Source: a virus (lineage: Duplodnaviria; Caudoviricetes). Taken from it: a DNA stretch of 38,926 bases. Below the pieces are notes generated by a model. The model had not been told where the DNA came from, searched no databases, and worked only from the letters and a program-made list of their open reading frames with translations. Below, in pieces: positions 9,184-18,143 of the stretch. Each line of letters begins with the position of its first letter. Positions within the stretch are counted from its first letter, which is position 1. A program made the position numbers and the translations under genes. The DNA is taken from IMG/VR virus record IMGVR_UViG_3300029822_001170, positions 1 to 38,926 of that record, one strand, 5' to 3'.

Positions 9184-9753
9184 ATGCCTTATACATTTGT
9201 TTCAGTACCCCGAAAGGATGCGAATCAAGGTCGGCCTACCCCCAAGAAGAAATTTGTAATGATTTTCGACTGGGATGATGTGGCAGTATATAAGCGTGAT
9301 CTGAAAAATGTTCGCGTGACCGACTTCACATTCAAGGAAGGAAAAAAACCTATAGGCGTGTATGCTTCAGCAAGCACTATTAATCCTTATCAGGAAAGTA
9401 GTGGTGAAGCACGCCAGGCAGGTTTTCTTCAGCATGTTGATTTCACTCACCCAGGCACTGACGAAGATTTTGATGCGTTCCTCGAGAACAACATCAATCG
9501 CGATCTTGGTGCAATTGTGATTCCATGCGATGGTGATGATGCCCGCATAGCAGGTTCACCGTGCGTACCTCTTGTAATGACAGCCAGTTCTCAGGACAAT
9601 AACGAAGGTAAAAATCATACCGTACAGCTTGTATCGGAAATGATTGGAAGTGTTTTAGGACACATCTCAAAAGCTCTGTTACCTGAAACTGATGATCCTG
9701 ATATTAATGCAGCGTTAGGATTACCGGTAGTTCCTGAAGATCCCGGTGTTTAA
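9184..9753 (+). CDS. probable major tail (tube) protein
   Basis: 189 aa beta-rich protein, DFTHPG motif, co-expressed with capsid. Confidence 0.6.
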   Translation: MPYTFVSVPRKDANQGRPTPKKKFVMIFDWDDVAVYKRDLKNVRVTDFTFKEGKKPIGVYASASTINPYQESSGEARQAGFLQHVDFTHPGTDEDFDAFLENNINRDLGAIVIPCDGDDARIAGSPCVPLVMTASSQDNNEGKNHTVQLVSEMIGSVLGHISKALLPETDDPDINAALGLPVVPEDPGV

Positions 9754-9786
9754 TCTCTTCATACTCGCTTTGTTTATTTGTGTAAA

Positions 9787-9815
9787 GCCGCTCGATTCGT
9801 CGGGCGGTTTTTTTT
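9787..9815 (+). terminator. intrinsic terminator
   Basis: GCCGCTCGA-ttcg-TCGGGCGGT plus T-run. Confidence 0.85.
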
Positions 9816-9850
9816 GTCCTTTTAAAACAGTAGTTGCAATTGCATCTTTG
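9816..9850 (+). promoter_or_regulatory. putative late promoter 2 (GTCCTTTT-N19-CATCTTTG)
   Basis: Motif abuts the terminator T-run; same spacing as the other three. Confidence 0.7.
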
Positions 9851-9883
9851 TATAGCATTAATTATAATTAAATTATAGAACTT

Positions 9884-10582
9884 ATGACAACAAAAAAGAG
9901 TGCACCAAAAAAGGAAGCGATTTCAAAACCTGCTGAAATAATCGCGGAAAAAGAACTTGAAATTCCGGAAAGTGAAGTGAAAGTACCGGAAGATGAAGTA
10001 AATGTTCCGGAAGTTGAAAAAGAACTTCCTATTGTTTTGCTTATTATGGGTAATGATGAATTACACCGTCATGCTGCAGCTGAAATAATTGAACATTTTC
10101 AGAGTCAGATTGCTTCAATACCTACAATCAAATTCAATGGCGAAGAGTCATTGGTTGAGAAAATTGTAGATTTCATCACTACCTGGGAATATGAAGAAAT
10201 CATTCTCATGGATGGAATCATCCCGGTAAACAATTTCACCAGAGCAGACGTGGAAGCTATTTATGCAACTCGCACTCCAAATGGGTGGAATTATGTAGTT
10301 CATGCACCGGTACTGCTTGAGCGCAGTAAAATTGTTGAACTGCTTGAAAATACACCTGAAATTCCGGACAAAGATTTTATTCCTGCATATATCAGGAGGT
10401 TTCATGCAGACAAATTACCTATTGTGATGAACTGGATGGATGACACATTTACTTTACCAATAGTGAGTGAAAATCCATCACATAAAACTCTCAACTCATG
10501 TTTGGAATACAAGAGATGGTTTTGGGTTTCCGAGAAATCAACTCCTGCAGTAACCAAATACTTTGCTGATAGAGAAGATTAA
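9884..10582 (+). CDS. hypothetical protein with low-complexity N-terminus and a possible degenerate glycosyl/phospho-transferase-like domain
   Basis: IPESEVK/VPEDEVN/VPEVE repeats; NDELHRHA, EEIILMDG, HAPVLLE. Confidence 0.5.
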   Translation: MTTKKSAPKKEAISKPAEIIAEKELEIPESEVKVPEDEVNVPEVEKELPIVLLIMGNDELHRHAAAEIIEHFQSQIASIPTIKFNGEESLVEKIVDFITTWEYEEIILMDGIIPVNNFTRADVEAIYATRTPNGWNYVVHAPVLLERSKIVELLENTPEIPDKDFIPAYIRRFHADKLPIVMNWMDDTFTLPIVSENPSHKTLNSCLEYKRWFWVSEKSTPAVTKYFADRED

Positions 10583-10594
10583 TTTGATGCTGCT

Positions 10595-11269
10595 ATGAAA
10601 GAAGAAATTCAGAATTGGCTAGATAACGATCAGGATCCTTTCTCCGGTATAAATTTACTTGAGAAGTACTGTTCAGATAAGATTTTTGTTCGGTTGATGA
10701 AAATCAACCCACATAAGAACAAATCTAAAATTGTGAGTAAACTCGCAGAAATAGCCAATTTAAACTATAGTGAAAGAAAATCAAAGGCAAAGGGACCGGC
10801 ACGAAAGGGAAAAAGCTTCAGAGAAGAATTCCCATTTCTCTCATCACCAACATGCCCAATTGAATTGAAAGCACTAATTACTGATAAATTTTCTTCTTTC
10901 TATGCATATCGAGATCTTCACGAAAAACTTTTTGACTGCACCACGGCAGATGAATGCGCCGATACTGCAGCAAAGTTGCTCGATAACTACCATGAAAACA
11001 GGATGATTTACGCTGAGCTTACCTACTTTAAAAAACACAATTCGCTCCTGGGTAAACATCCTGTTTTCTCTCACTATCGCAAAATAAAAGAGCTTCACAA
11101 CCTATCTATTAAGGACTTGGTATTAAAACAAAGGCAGTTGCAACATAACGTTTGGCGTATAGAAAGCGAGATAAACAAAGGTGATAAACCCCATTTATTG
11201 GAAGAACGCACCCGCAGACTTGAAGAAAAGAAGATTGAACTGGCTGAAGTTGACCGACTATTAAATTAA
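10595..11269 (+). CDS. hypothetical phage protein (packaging operon)
   Basis: 224 aa; FREEFPFL..P.CP.ELK.L motif. Confidence 0.75.
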   Translation: MKEEIQNWLDNDQDPFSGINLLEKYCSDKIFVRLMKINPHKNKSKIVSKLAEIANLNYSERKSKAKGPARKGKSFREEFPFLSSPTCPIELKALITDKFSSFYAYRDLHEKLFDCTTADECADTAAKLLDNYHENRMIYAELTYFKKHNSLLGKHPVFSHYRKIKELHNLSIKDLVLKQRQLQHNVWRIESEINKGDKPHLLEERTRRLEEKKIELAEVDRLLN

Positions 11270-11272
11270 ACT

Positions 11273-11629
11273 ATGATGAGCTCAGATATAATAAAACTAG
11301 CAACCTGGGATGACAATTCCGCTCCGGAATGGATAGAAAAGATTAACTGGGAAGAATATGAGCAATTTGCTTATGTAGGTTACAAACCTGAGCAAATTGC
11401 AATGTATTACAGCATTGATAAGCACGAATTCATGTTCTATTTCATGATGATCGATAGTAAGCTTAAATATCATTATGATCGCGGGCAATTGGTTGGCCAA
11501 GCTAAAGAAGGTGCTGATATGATAAAGAAGTCCGGAAGCAATGCCATACAAGCGCAAAGGCTCGATAAACTTCGCTCTGATATAGATTTCGAGAACGCTA
11601 AAAATGATATAATCTATGGCGGATTTTAA
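11273..11629 (+). CDS. HTH protein, terminase-small-subunit-like
   Basis: GYKPEQIAMYYSI HTH, YDRGQL; upstream of the terminase. Confidence 0.55.
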   Translation: MMSSDIIKLATWDDNSAPEWIEKINWEEYEQFAYVGYKPEQIAMYYSIDKHEFMFYFMMIDSKLKYHYDRGQLVGQAKEGADMIKKSGSNAIQAQRLDKLRSDIDFENAKNDIIYGGF

Positions 11630-12245
11630 ACGAAGTTATTTTTCTGAACTCCAGGACTTCATTCAGGGTGGTAGTAAAGCAGAGCTATCAAAAGAAGCCG
11701 AACGCTACCTTGATGTTTTATATCTATTGATGAACCTTCGGCGTAAATATGGAAAAGAAAACGCTATTTCTTTCATCCAGCGACCACCATTTGAAATAAA
11801 ATACCGTCGTGCCAGGCTAATGTATGACGAAGCAGTTAACCTGTTCTATGCAGACGATGGTATTGAGCGCGAAGCTATGAACAACATGATAGCTGAAGAT
11901 CTGTTTAAAGCAGCACAGGTTGCTTTAAAAACAGCAAAAACCTCAAAAGACCTTGAAGTATATGGTAAACTTATAATGCAAGCACGTGCAGCAAAAGGTC
12001 TCGACAAAGAGGAAGCTCCAAAACTTCCTGAAGAGTTTTACAAGAAGCCTATTAAGGTTTATTCTCTGGATCCAACAGTACTTAAACTTGAAGCTGCAGA
12101 TCGTGATGCGCTTGCAGCTAGAATTGACAATATGGAAATTAATGAAGATGAAAAGGTGAGGTTAAAGAGAGATGCCCAGGTTGAAGATGTTGATTTTATA
12201 GAAATGTTTGATGAGCAGGAAAAGAAAACTAGACACGAAGCGTGA
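11616..12245 (+). CDS. hypothetical protein, candidate terminase small subunit
   Basis: 209 aa helical protein overlapping the large terminase start. Confidence 0.55.
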   Translation: MADFKRSYFSELQDFIQGGSKAELSKEAERYLDVLYLLMNLRRKYGKENAISFIQRPPFEIKYRRARLMYDEAVNLFYADDGIEREAMNNMIAEDLFKAAQVALKTAKTSKDLEVYGKLIMQARAAKGLDKEEAPKLPEEFYKKPIKVYSLDPTVLKLEAADRDALAARIDNMEINEDEKVRLKRDAQVEDVDFIEMFDEQEKKTRHEA

Positions 12246-13911
12246 GGATGTTGAAGTGAGATTCAGTAATTGGCTCTCTCAACTTCTTGCTATAATGATG
12301 CCCAGGGTGCTGGCACTTATTGCCGGGCGTGGTACATCTAAAACTGTAGATATACTTGTTGAGCGCATCCAGGAAGCTGCATTTGAATGTGCCGGTGCAC
12401 CTTTTGCATTTGTGTCTGATACTTACACCAACCTGCATAAAAACGTAATACCATCACTCTTGGAAGGGTTCAGGATAAAAGGTTGGGAAGAGGATGTTCA
12501 TTATGTTATTAACAGAGAACCTCCAAAAGAATGGAAGAATAAAATGTACAATAAGGTTTCTTCCTGGAAGCACACCATGGTATTCTTCACCGGATTCAAT
12601 TTTACCTTTATTTCGCTTGACAGACCTGCCATTGGTGCCGGTAATAGTTACGTGGGTATGTTTGGTGATGAAGTGAAATACTTTCCACAGCAACGTATAT
12701 CAAACATCCTTAAAGCCGTACGTGGTTATAAAGTTAGGTTTGGTGATTCTGCATTCTACAGATCTATTACTTTCACTACCGATATGCCGGATCCAAACAA
12801 TATTGGTGAACACGACTGGCTTTTGAAATATGCTGAGATGAACGATAAGGAGAAGATCCTTAATCTTATTCAAACAGGCTTCGTTTACAACGAAACAAAA
12901 AAGGAGTATGCAAATGCCCTGGCAACAAATAACAAGCGTGAGGTGAACCTTGCAGAACGTAACATGCAACGATGGGAAGAACGCTGGGTTAAATGCCGAA
13001 AACAAACATCATTCTTCTGGATTGCCAGCTCATTTGTCAACGCAGATATATTAAGCCTTGGATGGTTTGATGATGAGTTTGGTGTGGGGCTTGAAGGCGT
13101 GAGCTCTTCAATACTTTCTATTATTCCTAAGCTATCAAGTGTATCAATGTTTTATGCTGGATTGCAGGAAAGGCACTTCTATAATGATGGTACCAACTAT
13201 GATTACATAGATACCCTTAAGTTTGGAGAAGAGCCTGACTGTAGCGAACTCAAACACCTTGACACTCGCATGGCTCTTGAAGGCGGACTGGATGTTGGTA
13301 ATACACTTTGGTTCCTTGTATCGCAAACCAAGCTTAACAAGATGCGAATTCTTAAGGAGATGTACACTCTCCCACCCAACTACATACGTGAGTTGGCCGA
13401 TGAATTTATCCGGTACTTTAAACCACACCAGCGCAAACGACTCAAGCTGTATTACGATAGAGCAGCCAACTCATACAGGAAGATTGGTCAGGATGTGGCC
13501 AGTCAGATCAAACGTGCCATTGAAGTAGATGGTGACGGCAAGCGAACCGGGTGGACCGTTCAGCTCATGTCCATCGGCCAGGCTAACATCGGCAGCAATG
13601 CCGAATATAACTTCATGATGGAATTAATGAGTGGCAAGAATCAGATCTTACCTCAATTACTTATCGATAGATCTGCATGTCCTAACCTTAAATCTCAGCT
13701 TGAGAAAACTAAAACCAAAACTCGCAACATGCGCTCAGGGGGTAACATGATTGTGAAAGAAAAGAAAACCGATGGACTACCGGCACATCGATTGCCAAAA
13801 GAATCTACCAACTTCACCGATGCTTTTAAATATCTATTATGTCGCAGAAACTACCTTGCAGCAGTTAATAACAAGCGATTAGGAGCATCCACTTCAATAA
13901 GCGCCGGTTAA
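12211..13911 (+). CDS. terL: terminase large subunit
   Basis: Walker A AGRGTSKT, Walker B MFGDE, motif III FTTD, RNase H-like GGLDVG, YYDRA, TNFTDAFKY. Confidence 0.9.
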   Translation: MSRKRKLDTKREDVEVRFSNWLSQLLAIMMPRVLALIAGRGTSKTVDILVERIQEAAFECAGAPFAFVSDTYTNLHKNVIPSLLEGFRIKGWEEDVHYVINREPPKEWKNKMYNKVSSWKHTMVFFTGFNFTFISLDRPAIGAGNSYVGMFGDEVKYFPQQRISNILKAVRGYKVRFGDSAFYRSITFTTDMPDPNNIGEHDWLLKYAEMNDKEKILNLIQTGFVYNETKKEYANALATNNKREVNLAERNMQRWEERWVKCRKQTSFFWIASSFVNADILSLGWFDDEFGVGLEGVSSSILSIIPKLSSVSMFYAGLQERHFYNDGTNYDYIDTLKFGEEPDCSELKHLDTRMALEGGLDVGNTLWFLVSQTKLNKMRILKEMYTLPPNYIRELADEFIRYFKPHQRKRLKLYYDRAANSYRKIGQDVASQIKRAIEVDGDGKRTGWTVQLMSIGQANIGSNAEYNFMMELMSGKNQILPQLLIDRSACPNLKSQLEKTKTKTRNMRSGGNMIVKEKKTDGLPAHRLPKESTNFTDAFKYLLCRRNYLAAVNNKRLGASTSISAG

Positions 13912-14360
13912 GCAACCATTGTTCATTATCAACCCAAGCCTTCAGTAGTCCTCTGAAAGCCTTTCATTGTGCCTGTAACCCACTCCTGTGGCTCGTTTTG
14001 GCTGGTCGCGCAGGTCACATTTCCCCGGGGCGGGAGGGGGTGCAACTGCAACCCTAAGTCAGAGCGGGTCGGGCAGAAACGTCAGAGACAAATTTGAATA
14101 AAAATACACAAAAGGTCTTATAGCTGACTATCTGATGTTTATGATTTATGGGCGTGAAAAAAGGGTGAAATATCGTTGTTTTTGGGGGTGAAATCGTGGG
14201 TTTTTGCTTATAGAAGAGGATAAATGACTTAGGAATTAGGTTAATTATCTTTTTATTCCAAAAATATTGATGATTTTAGAATAAAACTAAATGTGATGAA
14301 TTACTCGAAATGTTTAACTGGCATTCGGGTTATTATTTTTTTATATTTTAAAACATTTAT

Positions 14361-14486
14361 TATCTTTGCTTTTGCCCACAAATTGAAACACAAAGGAAAG
14401 CCTCTCAGGCGTGTAATCCGCATTTAATCGGATTCCGGTATTCAATTCCGGTGGGCACACGCTTGAGAGGTTTCTCATTTACTATG
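14361..14486 (+). ncRNA. promoter plus structured 5' leader RNA, copy A
   Basis: TATCTTTG -7 box; stem 14401-14413/14458-14470 enclosing two hairpins; homologous to 27274-27402 on the minus strand. Confidence 0.65.
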
Positions 14487-14554
14487 AAATACATAAAAAC
14501 ATAGATATATACCATATATTTTATTTTAGCAGTTAACATATTAAACTTATTTGA

Positions 14555-14941
14555 ATGAAAAAAAAATTATTTCTTTTACTCGGATTGTTGTTTTCATTAA
14601 ATCTATTATCTCAAGAAAACGATACAGTTGCAAATCAGGTTGAATCTTCTGATTTTATTGAACAGAAAAGTTACGTCTATTGCGAACTTCTTGGCAGAGG
14701 AAAGCTACTAAGTAGCAAAGTAACTGTTGATATTGACTTTGGTCAACCAGTTAGTTTTTGGGCTCCAGATAGACGTTACAAGGATGAAAATGGTAAACCG
14801 GTTGCTTTTAATTCTATGGTTGACGCTATGAACTTCATGGGATCACTCGGATGGGAATTTGTTCAAGCTTATGTTGTAACGGAGTCGAATCAAAATGTAT
14901 ATCATTGGTTATTAAAAATGGAGGTGAGAACAAAGCCATGA
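14555..14941 (+). CDS. secreted/periplasmic accessory protein
   Basis: Signal peptide MKKKLFLLLGLLFSLNLLSQ; FNSMVDAMNFMGSLGWEFV motif. Confidence 0.8.
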   Translation: MKKKLFLLLGLLFSLNLLSQENDTVANQVESSDFIEQKSYVYCELLGRGKLLSSKVTVDIDFGQPVSFWAPDRRYKDENGKPVAFNSMVDAMNFMGSLGWEFVQAYVVTESNQNVYHWLLKMEVRTKP

Positions 14942-15120
14942 AATACAACGTATTAATTTACAATCCCAACAATCCTCACGCTATCGGTAAGGTGAGTGAA
15001 AATAGTATAGTGAGGATAAAGCATGCTGCAAGATATTATGCTACCAGGTATAATGGTAAAGGTGGACGAATTATTTTAGAAGATCAGAAGACTGGTAGAA
15101 TATGGAGGATTAATTCTTGA
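14938..15120 (+). CDS. small basic hypothetical protein
   Basis: ATGA-coupled start at 14938 (MKYNVLIY...). Confidence 0.55.
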   Translation: MKYNVLIYNPNNPHAIGKVSENSIVRIKHAARYYATRYNGKGGRIILEDQKTGRIWRINS

Positions 15121-15151
15121 TATTTATCATATAAAATTTTAAAACAGTATT

Positions 15152-15688
15152 ATGAATGATCCTAATTTCTATGGCTTTTTGGTTTCAGTATTGTCTTTAC
15201 TTGTAGTTGTTTTGATTGCTTTTATCGCGATTAACTACCTGAGTTTTGAGAGAAGAGTTAGAAAAATTAAATCTGATGTCGAAGTTAAACTGAAAATATT
15301 TATTCGTAAAGAGCTCAGAGAATCTTATGATCAAAGATTTTATTATAACCTTATTAATAGTATTCATGATTTGATTATGTTATCAAATTATGGAAATAAT
15401 TTAAACAACAGACTTTTATTTCATAGTTGGAAAATAAAATTATTGAAAAAATTGGATGAAGAAGAAGTAATAAAGAAAGTTATTATAGATACTGAAATGG
15501 CTTCATTTATGTCAGATTTGACTTCATCATATTATTTATATAGGGAAGAGGCTAAACTTATTGATAATGAATATATCGAAAAAGTATTAGTGGATATTGA
15601 ACAATTAAACTTACCTAATTTCGATAAAATAAAAGCAGAGATTGAAGAATTTAACCAAAAGTTAGATGAATTAAAGAATCAAAATTAA
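15152..15688 (+). CDS. membrane-anchored accessory protein
   Basis: N-terminal TM helix, very AT-rich gene. Confidence 0.75.
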   Translation: MNDPNFYGFLVSVLSLLVVVLIAFIAINYLSFERRVRKIKSDVEVKLKIFIRKELRESYDQRFYYNLINSIHDLIMLSNYGNNLNNRLLFHSWKIKLLKKLDEEEVIKKVIIDTEMASFMSDLTSSYYLYREEAKLIDNEYIEKVLVDIEQLNLPNFDKIKAEIEEFNQKLDELKNQN

Positions 15689-15768
15689 CTTAATGGATAT
15701 AGGTTTACACTTAATAAAAAAGAGTGACCAAATTATGTTACATACATATATTAATTAATTATTTATTT

Positions 15769-16152
15769 ATGAAAGCAAGTGTACAATACAATGATTTAAA
15801 AGGAACAGCAGCGGCCGACATTGCCGATCACTTTAGAAGAGGTAGTTTGGAAGATATTGGAGAATACTTTAATCTTGACACAAATCGATTCAAGATTGTT
15901 GGTATCTCACTGCATGGCACAGAAGATTTATATATTTCATTAATTTGTGTTGATAAAGAAAAATCCACTAATGAAAAGGAGCATATAGTTGACATTTACA
16001 TCGATAACAAAGATAAAAAGGGTGTATTATCTACAATATTCAAAAGATTGAATATTGTATTACATAATCGTCACGATGTAAAATATACGGAAATGGAGTG
16101 TGATGAAGAAGTTAGTTATGATGATTGTCATAATACTGATAATGGATATTAA
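15769..16152 (+). CDS. hypothetical accessory protein
   Basis: ATG at 15769 (MKASVQYNDLKGTAAAD) preferred over GTG at 15724. Confidence 0.75.
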   Translation: MKASVQYNDLKGTAAADIADHFRRGSLEDIGEYFNLDTNRFKIVGISLHGTEDLYISLICVDKEKSTNEKEHIVDIYIDNKDKKGVLSTIFKRLNIVLHNRHDVKYTEMECDEEVSYDDCHNTDNGY

Positions 16153-16196
16153 ATAGAATATAAGCAGTAATTGCAAATCACTGAATAAGCGTATAT

Positions 16197-16237
16197 CTGT
16201 AAAAAGCGACCGGCGTACAACCGGTCGCTTTTTACAG
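16197..16237. terminator. bidirectional terminator (perfect 17-bp arms)
   Basis: CTGTAAAAAGCGACCGG-cgtacaa-CCGGTCGCTTTTTACAG. Confidence 0.85.
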
Positions 16238-16286
16238 TAAGCCATATTAAAATTTATGTTATATAACACATACAATATAATGCGTT

Positions 16287-16323
16287 TAAATTACCATTAT
16301 TTGGTAATTTATCATTATCTTTG
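16287..16323 (+). promoter_or_regulatory. TA promoter with palindromic operator
   Basis: TAAATTACCA-ttatt-TGGTAATTTA (16287-16311) next to the TATCTTTG -7 box (16316-16323). Confidence 0.7.
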
Positions 16324-16345
16324 CAGCATCAAGATATAGTCGACT

Positions 16346-16678
16346 ATGATAAAAGTTTTTTTTGAAGATTGTGATCTGGAAGAGTATGCACTAGAAGGGA
16401 GGTCTAAAATTAAGCCATACAAGGATTACGCAAAGATTAAGAAGTTCACTTCGAGTTTACAAACAGTAATTGAAGTAATAAGATCTGTGAATAATGCATC
16501 TGAGCTTCAAAATTTTAGTTTTCTAAAATATGAGAAATTAAAACATGGATTAAGCGGTCTCTCAAGTGTTAGGATAATGAATAATAGAGTAGAGAGACTA
16601 ATTTTCAGAGAAACGGAAGAAGGAATAGTAATAACAATTTTAGAATTAGATAATACGCATTATGGAAACAAAAAATGA
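16346..16678 (+). CDS. higB: HigB/RelE-family toxin
   Basis: LKYEKLKHGLSGLSSVRI....RLIF...HY is typical of HigB killer proteins; toxin-first order. Confidence 0.85.
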   Translation: MIKVFFEDCDLEEYALEGRSKIKPYKDYAKIKKFTSSLQTVIEVIRSVNNASELQNFSFLKYEKLKHGLSGLSSVRIMNNRVERLIFRETEEGIVITILELDNTHYGNKK

Positions 16679-17759
16679 ATTTATCCCAAAAACAGCTATT
16701 CTTCCTGGCAGCGTATTAAAGCTAGAGTTAGATGAAAGAGGAATATCGCAAAAGGATTTTGCTGATATAATTGGAATGAAAACATCAAATCTCAATGAGT
16801 ATATTCGTGGAAGAAGAAGTTTTACATCTGACTTTTCACTTAAACTTGAAAAAGCTTTGCAGATACCTGCAGATATTTGGATGAATTTGCAGCTAAATTA
16901 TGAACTTGCAGTCGCTCGTAAACAAAAATTAGATATTGACGAGCAGGCTGCATTGAATGAAATCGAGGAATATGACAAGATTATATCTATTAAGGATCTT
17001 ATAAAGCGACTTGATATTACAGCAATTAGCTATAGGAACAAGTTAAAAGAATTGAATTTGAAACTAAATCTGCCCCCAGCTGCTGAATTGCAAGTTTGTA
17101 CATCTCACTGGAATTACTTTAAGAAATCAGACAAATTAAGAACAGACCCAAGAATGGTATTAAGTTGGACATTATTAGCAAAGTATGCTGTAAAAGATGT
17201 TCATGTGGGTGGAGAGTTTAAAGTCTCTGACAAAGAATTAATTGTTAGAGACCTTTGCTCAGTTCTCCATGAAAATGAAGATACCATTAATAAAGTTAGA
17301 GACATACTTTCTAACAGAGGTATAAAGTTTTCCATTGTAGAGAAATTAGATTCCACTCCAATAGATGGATATTCGTTTTTTGATAATGGAACACCTTGTA
17401 TAGTGGTTACTAAGAGGAGAGACAAAATTGACAATTTCGCCTTTGTTTTAATGCACGAAATAGCCCATGTATTTCTTCATTTGTCGAAAAATCAAAAAGA
17501 GGAATTTGTGACTTTTGAAGAAAATGAGAGAGTTGATAAATATGAGAGAGAGGCTGACAAATTTGCAAGTGGTAGTTTAATTCCAGAAAAGTTTTGGAGG
17601 GAAGCTCCAAAAGTAGAACTAAACCCATACAAAATACAACAAGTATATACAAGTTGGGCTAGAATCAATAACTTAAATAAGTGGATTGTATTAGGTAGGA
17701 TTGGGCATGAATTAAACTTCTGGAGGTTCCGGGAAGATGGAACAAGAAGTATTAATTGA
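16662..17759 (+). CDS. higA: HigA antitoxin (XRE HTH) fused to an ImmA/IrrE-like metallopeptidase domain
   Basis: PG..LK.ELDERGISQKDFA...LEKAL.IPA..W.NLQ..Y; IDG, HEIAH, EREADKFA. Confidence 0.88.
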   Translation: METKNEFIPKTAILPGSVLKLELDERGISQKDFADIIGMKTSNLNEYIRGRRSFTSDFSLKLEKALQIPADIWMNLQLNYELAVARKQKLDIDEQAALNEIEEYDKIISIKDLIKRLDITAISYRNKLKELNLKLNLPPAAELQVCTSHWNYFKKSDKLRTDPRMVLSWTLLAKYAVKDVHVGGEFKVSDKELIVRDLCSVLHENEDTINKVRDILSNRGIKFSIVEKLDSTPIDGYSFFDNGTPCIVVTKRRDKIDNFAFVLMHEIAHVFLHLSKNQKEEFVTFEENERVDKYEREADKFASGSLIPEKFWREAPKVELNPYKIQQVYTSWARINNLNKWIVLGRIGHELNFWRFREDGTRSIN

Positions 17760-17781
17760 ATAAATATTTAGAATCCACATT

Positions 17782-17814
17782 AAAGCGACTGGTAATGTAC
17801 CGGTCGTTTTTTTT
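17782..17814 (+). terminator. intrinsic terminator
   Basis: GCGACTGGTA-atg-TACCGGTCGT plus T-run; resembles 16197-16237. Confidence 0.85.
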
Positions 17815-17849
17815 GTCCTTTTTTTTACCCTGTTAACCGGCTAATTTTG
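17815..17849 (+). promoter_or_regulatory. putative late promoter 3 (GTCCTTTT-N19-TAATTTTG)
   Basis: Motif and spacing conserved; ATG at 17861. Confidence 0.72.
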
Positions 17850-17860
17850 AAATAAAAAAG

Positions 17861-18133
17861 ATGGATTTATACGAAGCGATAAGCGAAATGAGGGAAATGA
17901 GTAAGAAAGGTGAATCATTTTCATTCTCTTTTATGACTTATTCGGCAACTAAACGTAAAAGTCATGGTATTAGTGAGGTGCGATGTGCAAGGTTAGCACC
18001 TCAGGATCCTACCAGTAAGCACCCATACAAAGATTACATGTTGCAATTTCTTGACCTTGACACAAATGAAGTTAAGCGTTGCTATCAGCCACTTCTGATG
18101 GAATTTAACGGTGAGAAACTTGAATTGAATTAA
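17861..18133 (+). CDS. small phage protein preceding the portal
   Basis: 90 aa; FSFSFMTYS...LLMEFNG. Confidence 0.8.
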   Translation: MDLYEAISEMREMSKKGESFSFSFMTYSATKRKSHGISEVRCARLAPQDPTSKHPYKDYMLQFLDLDTNEVKRCYQPLLMEFNGEKLELN

Positions 18134-18143
18134 ATATATTCTT

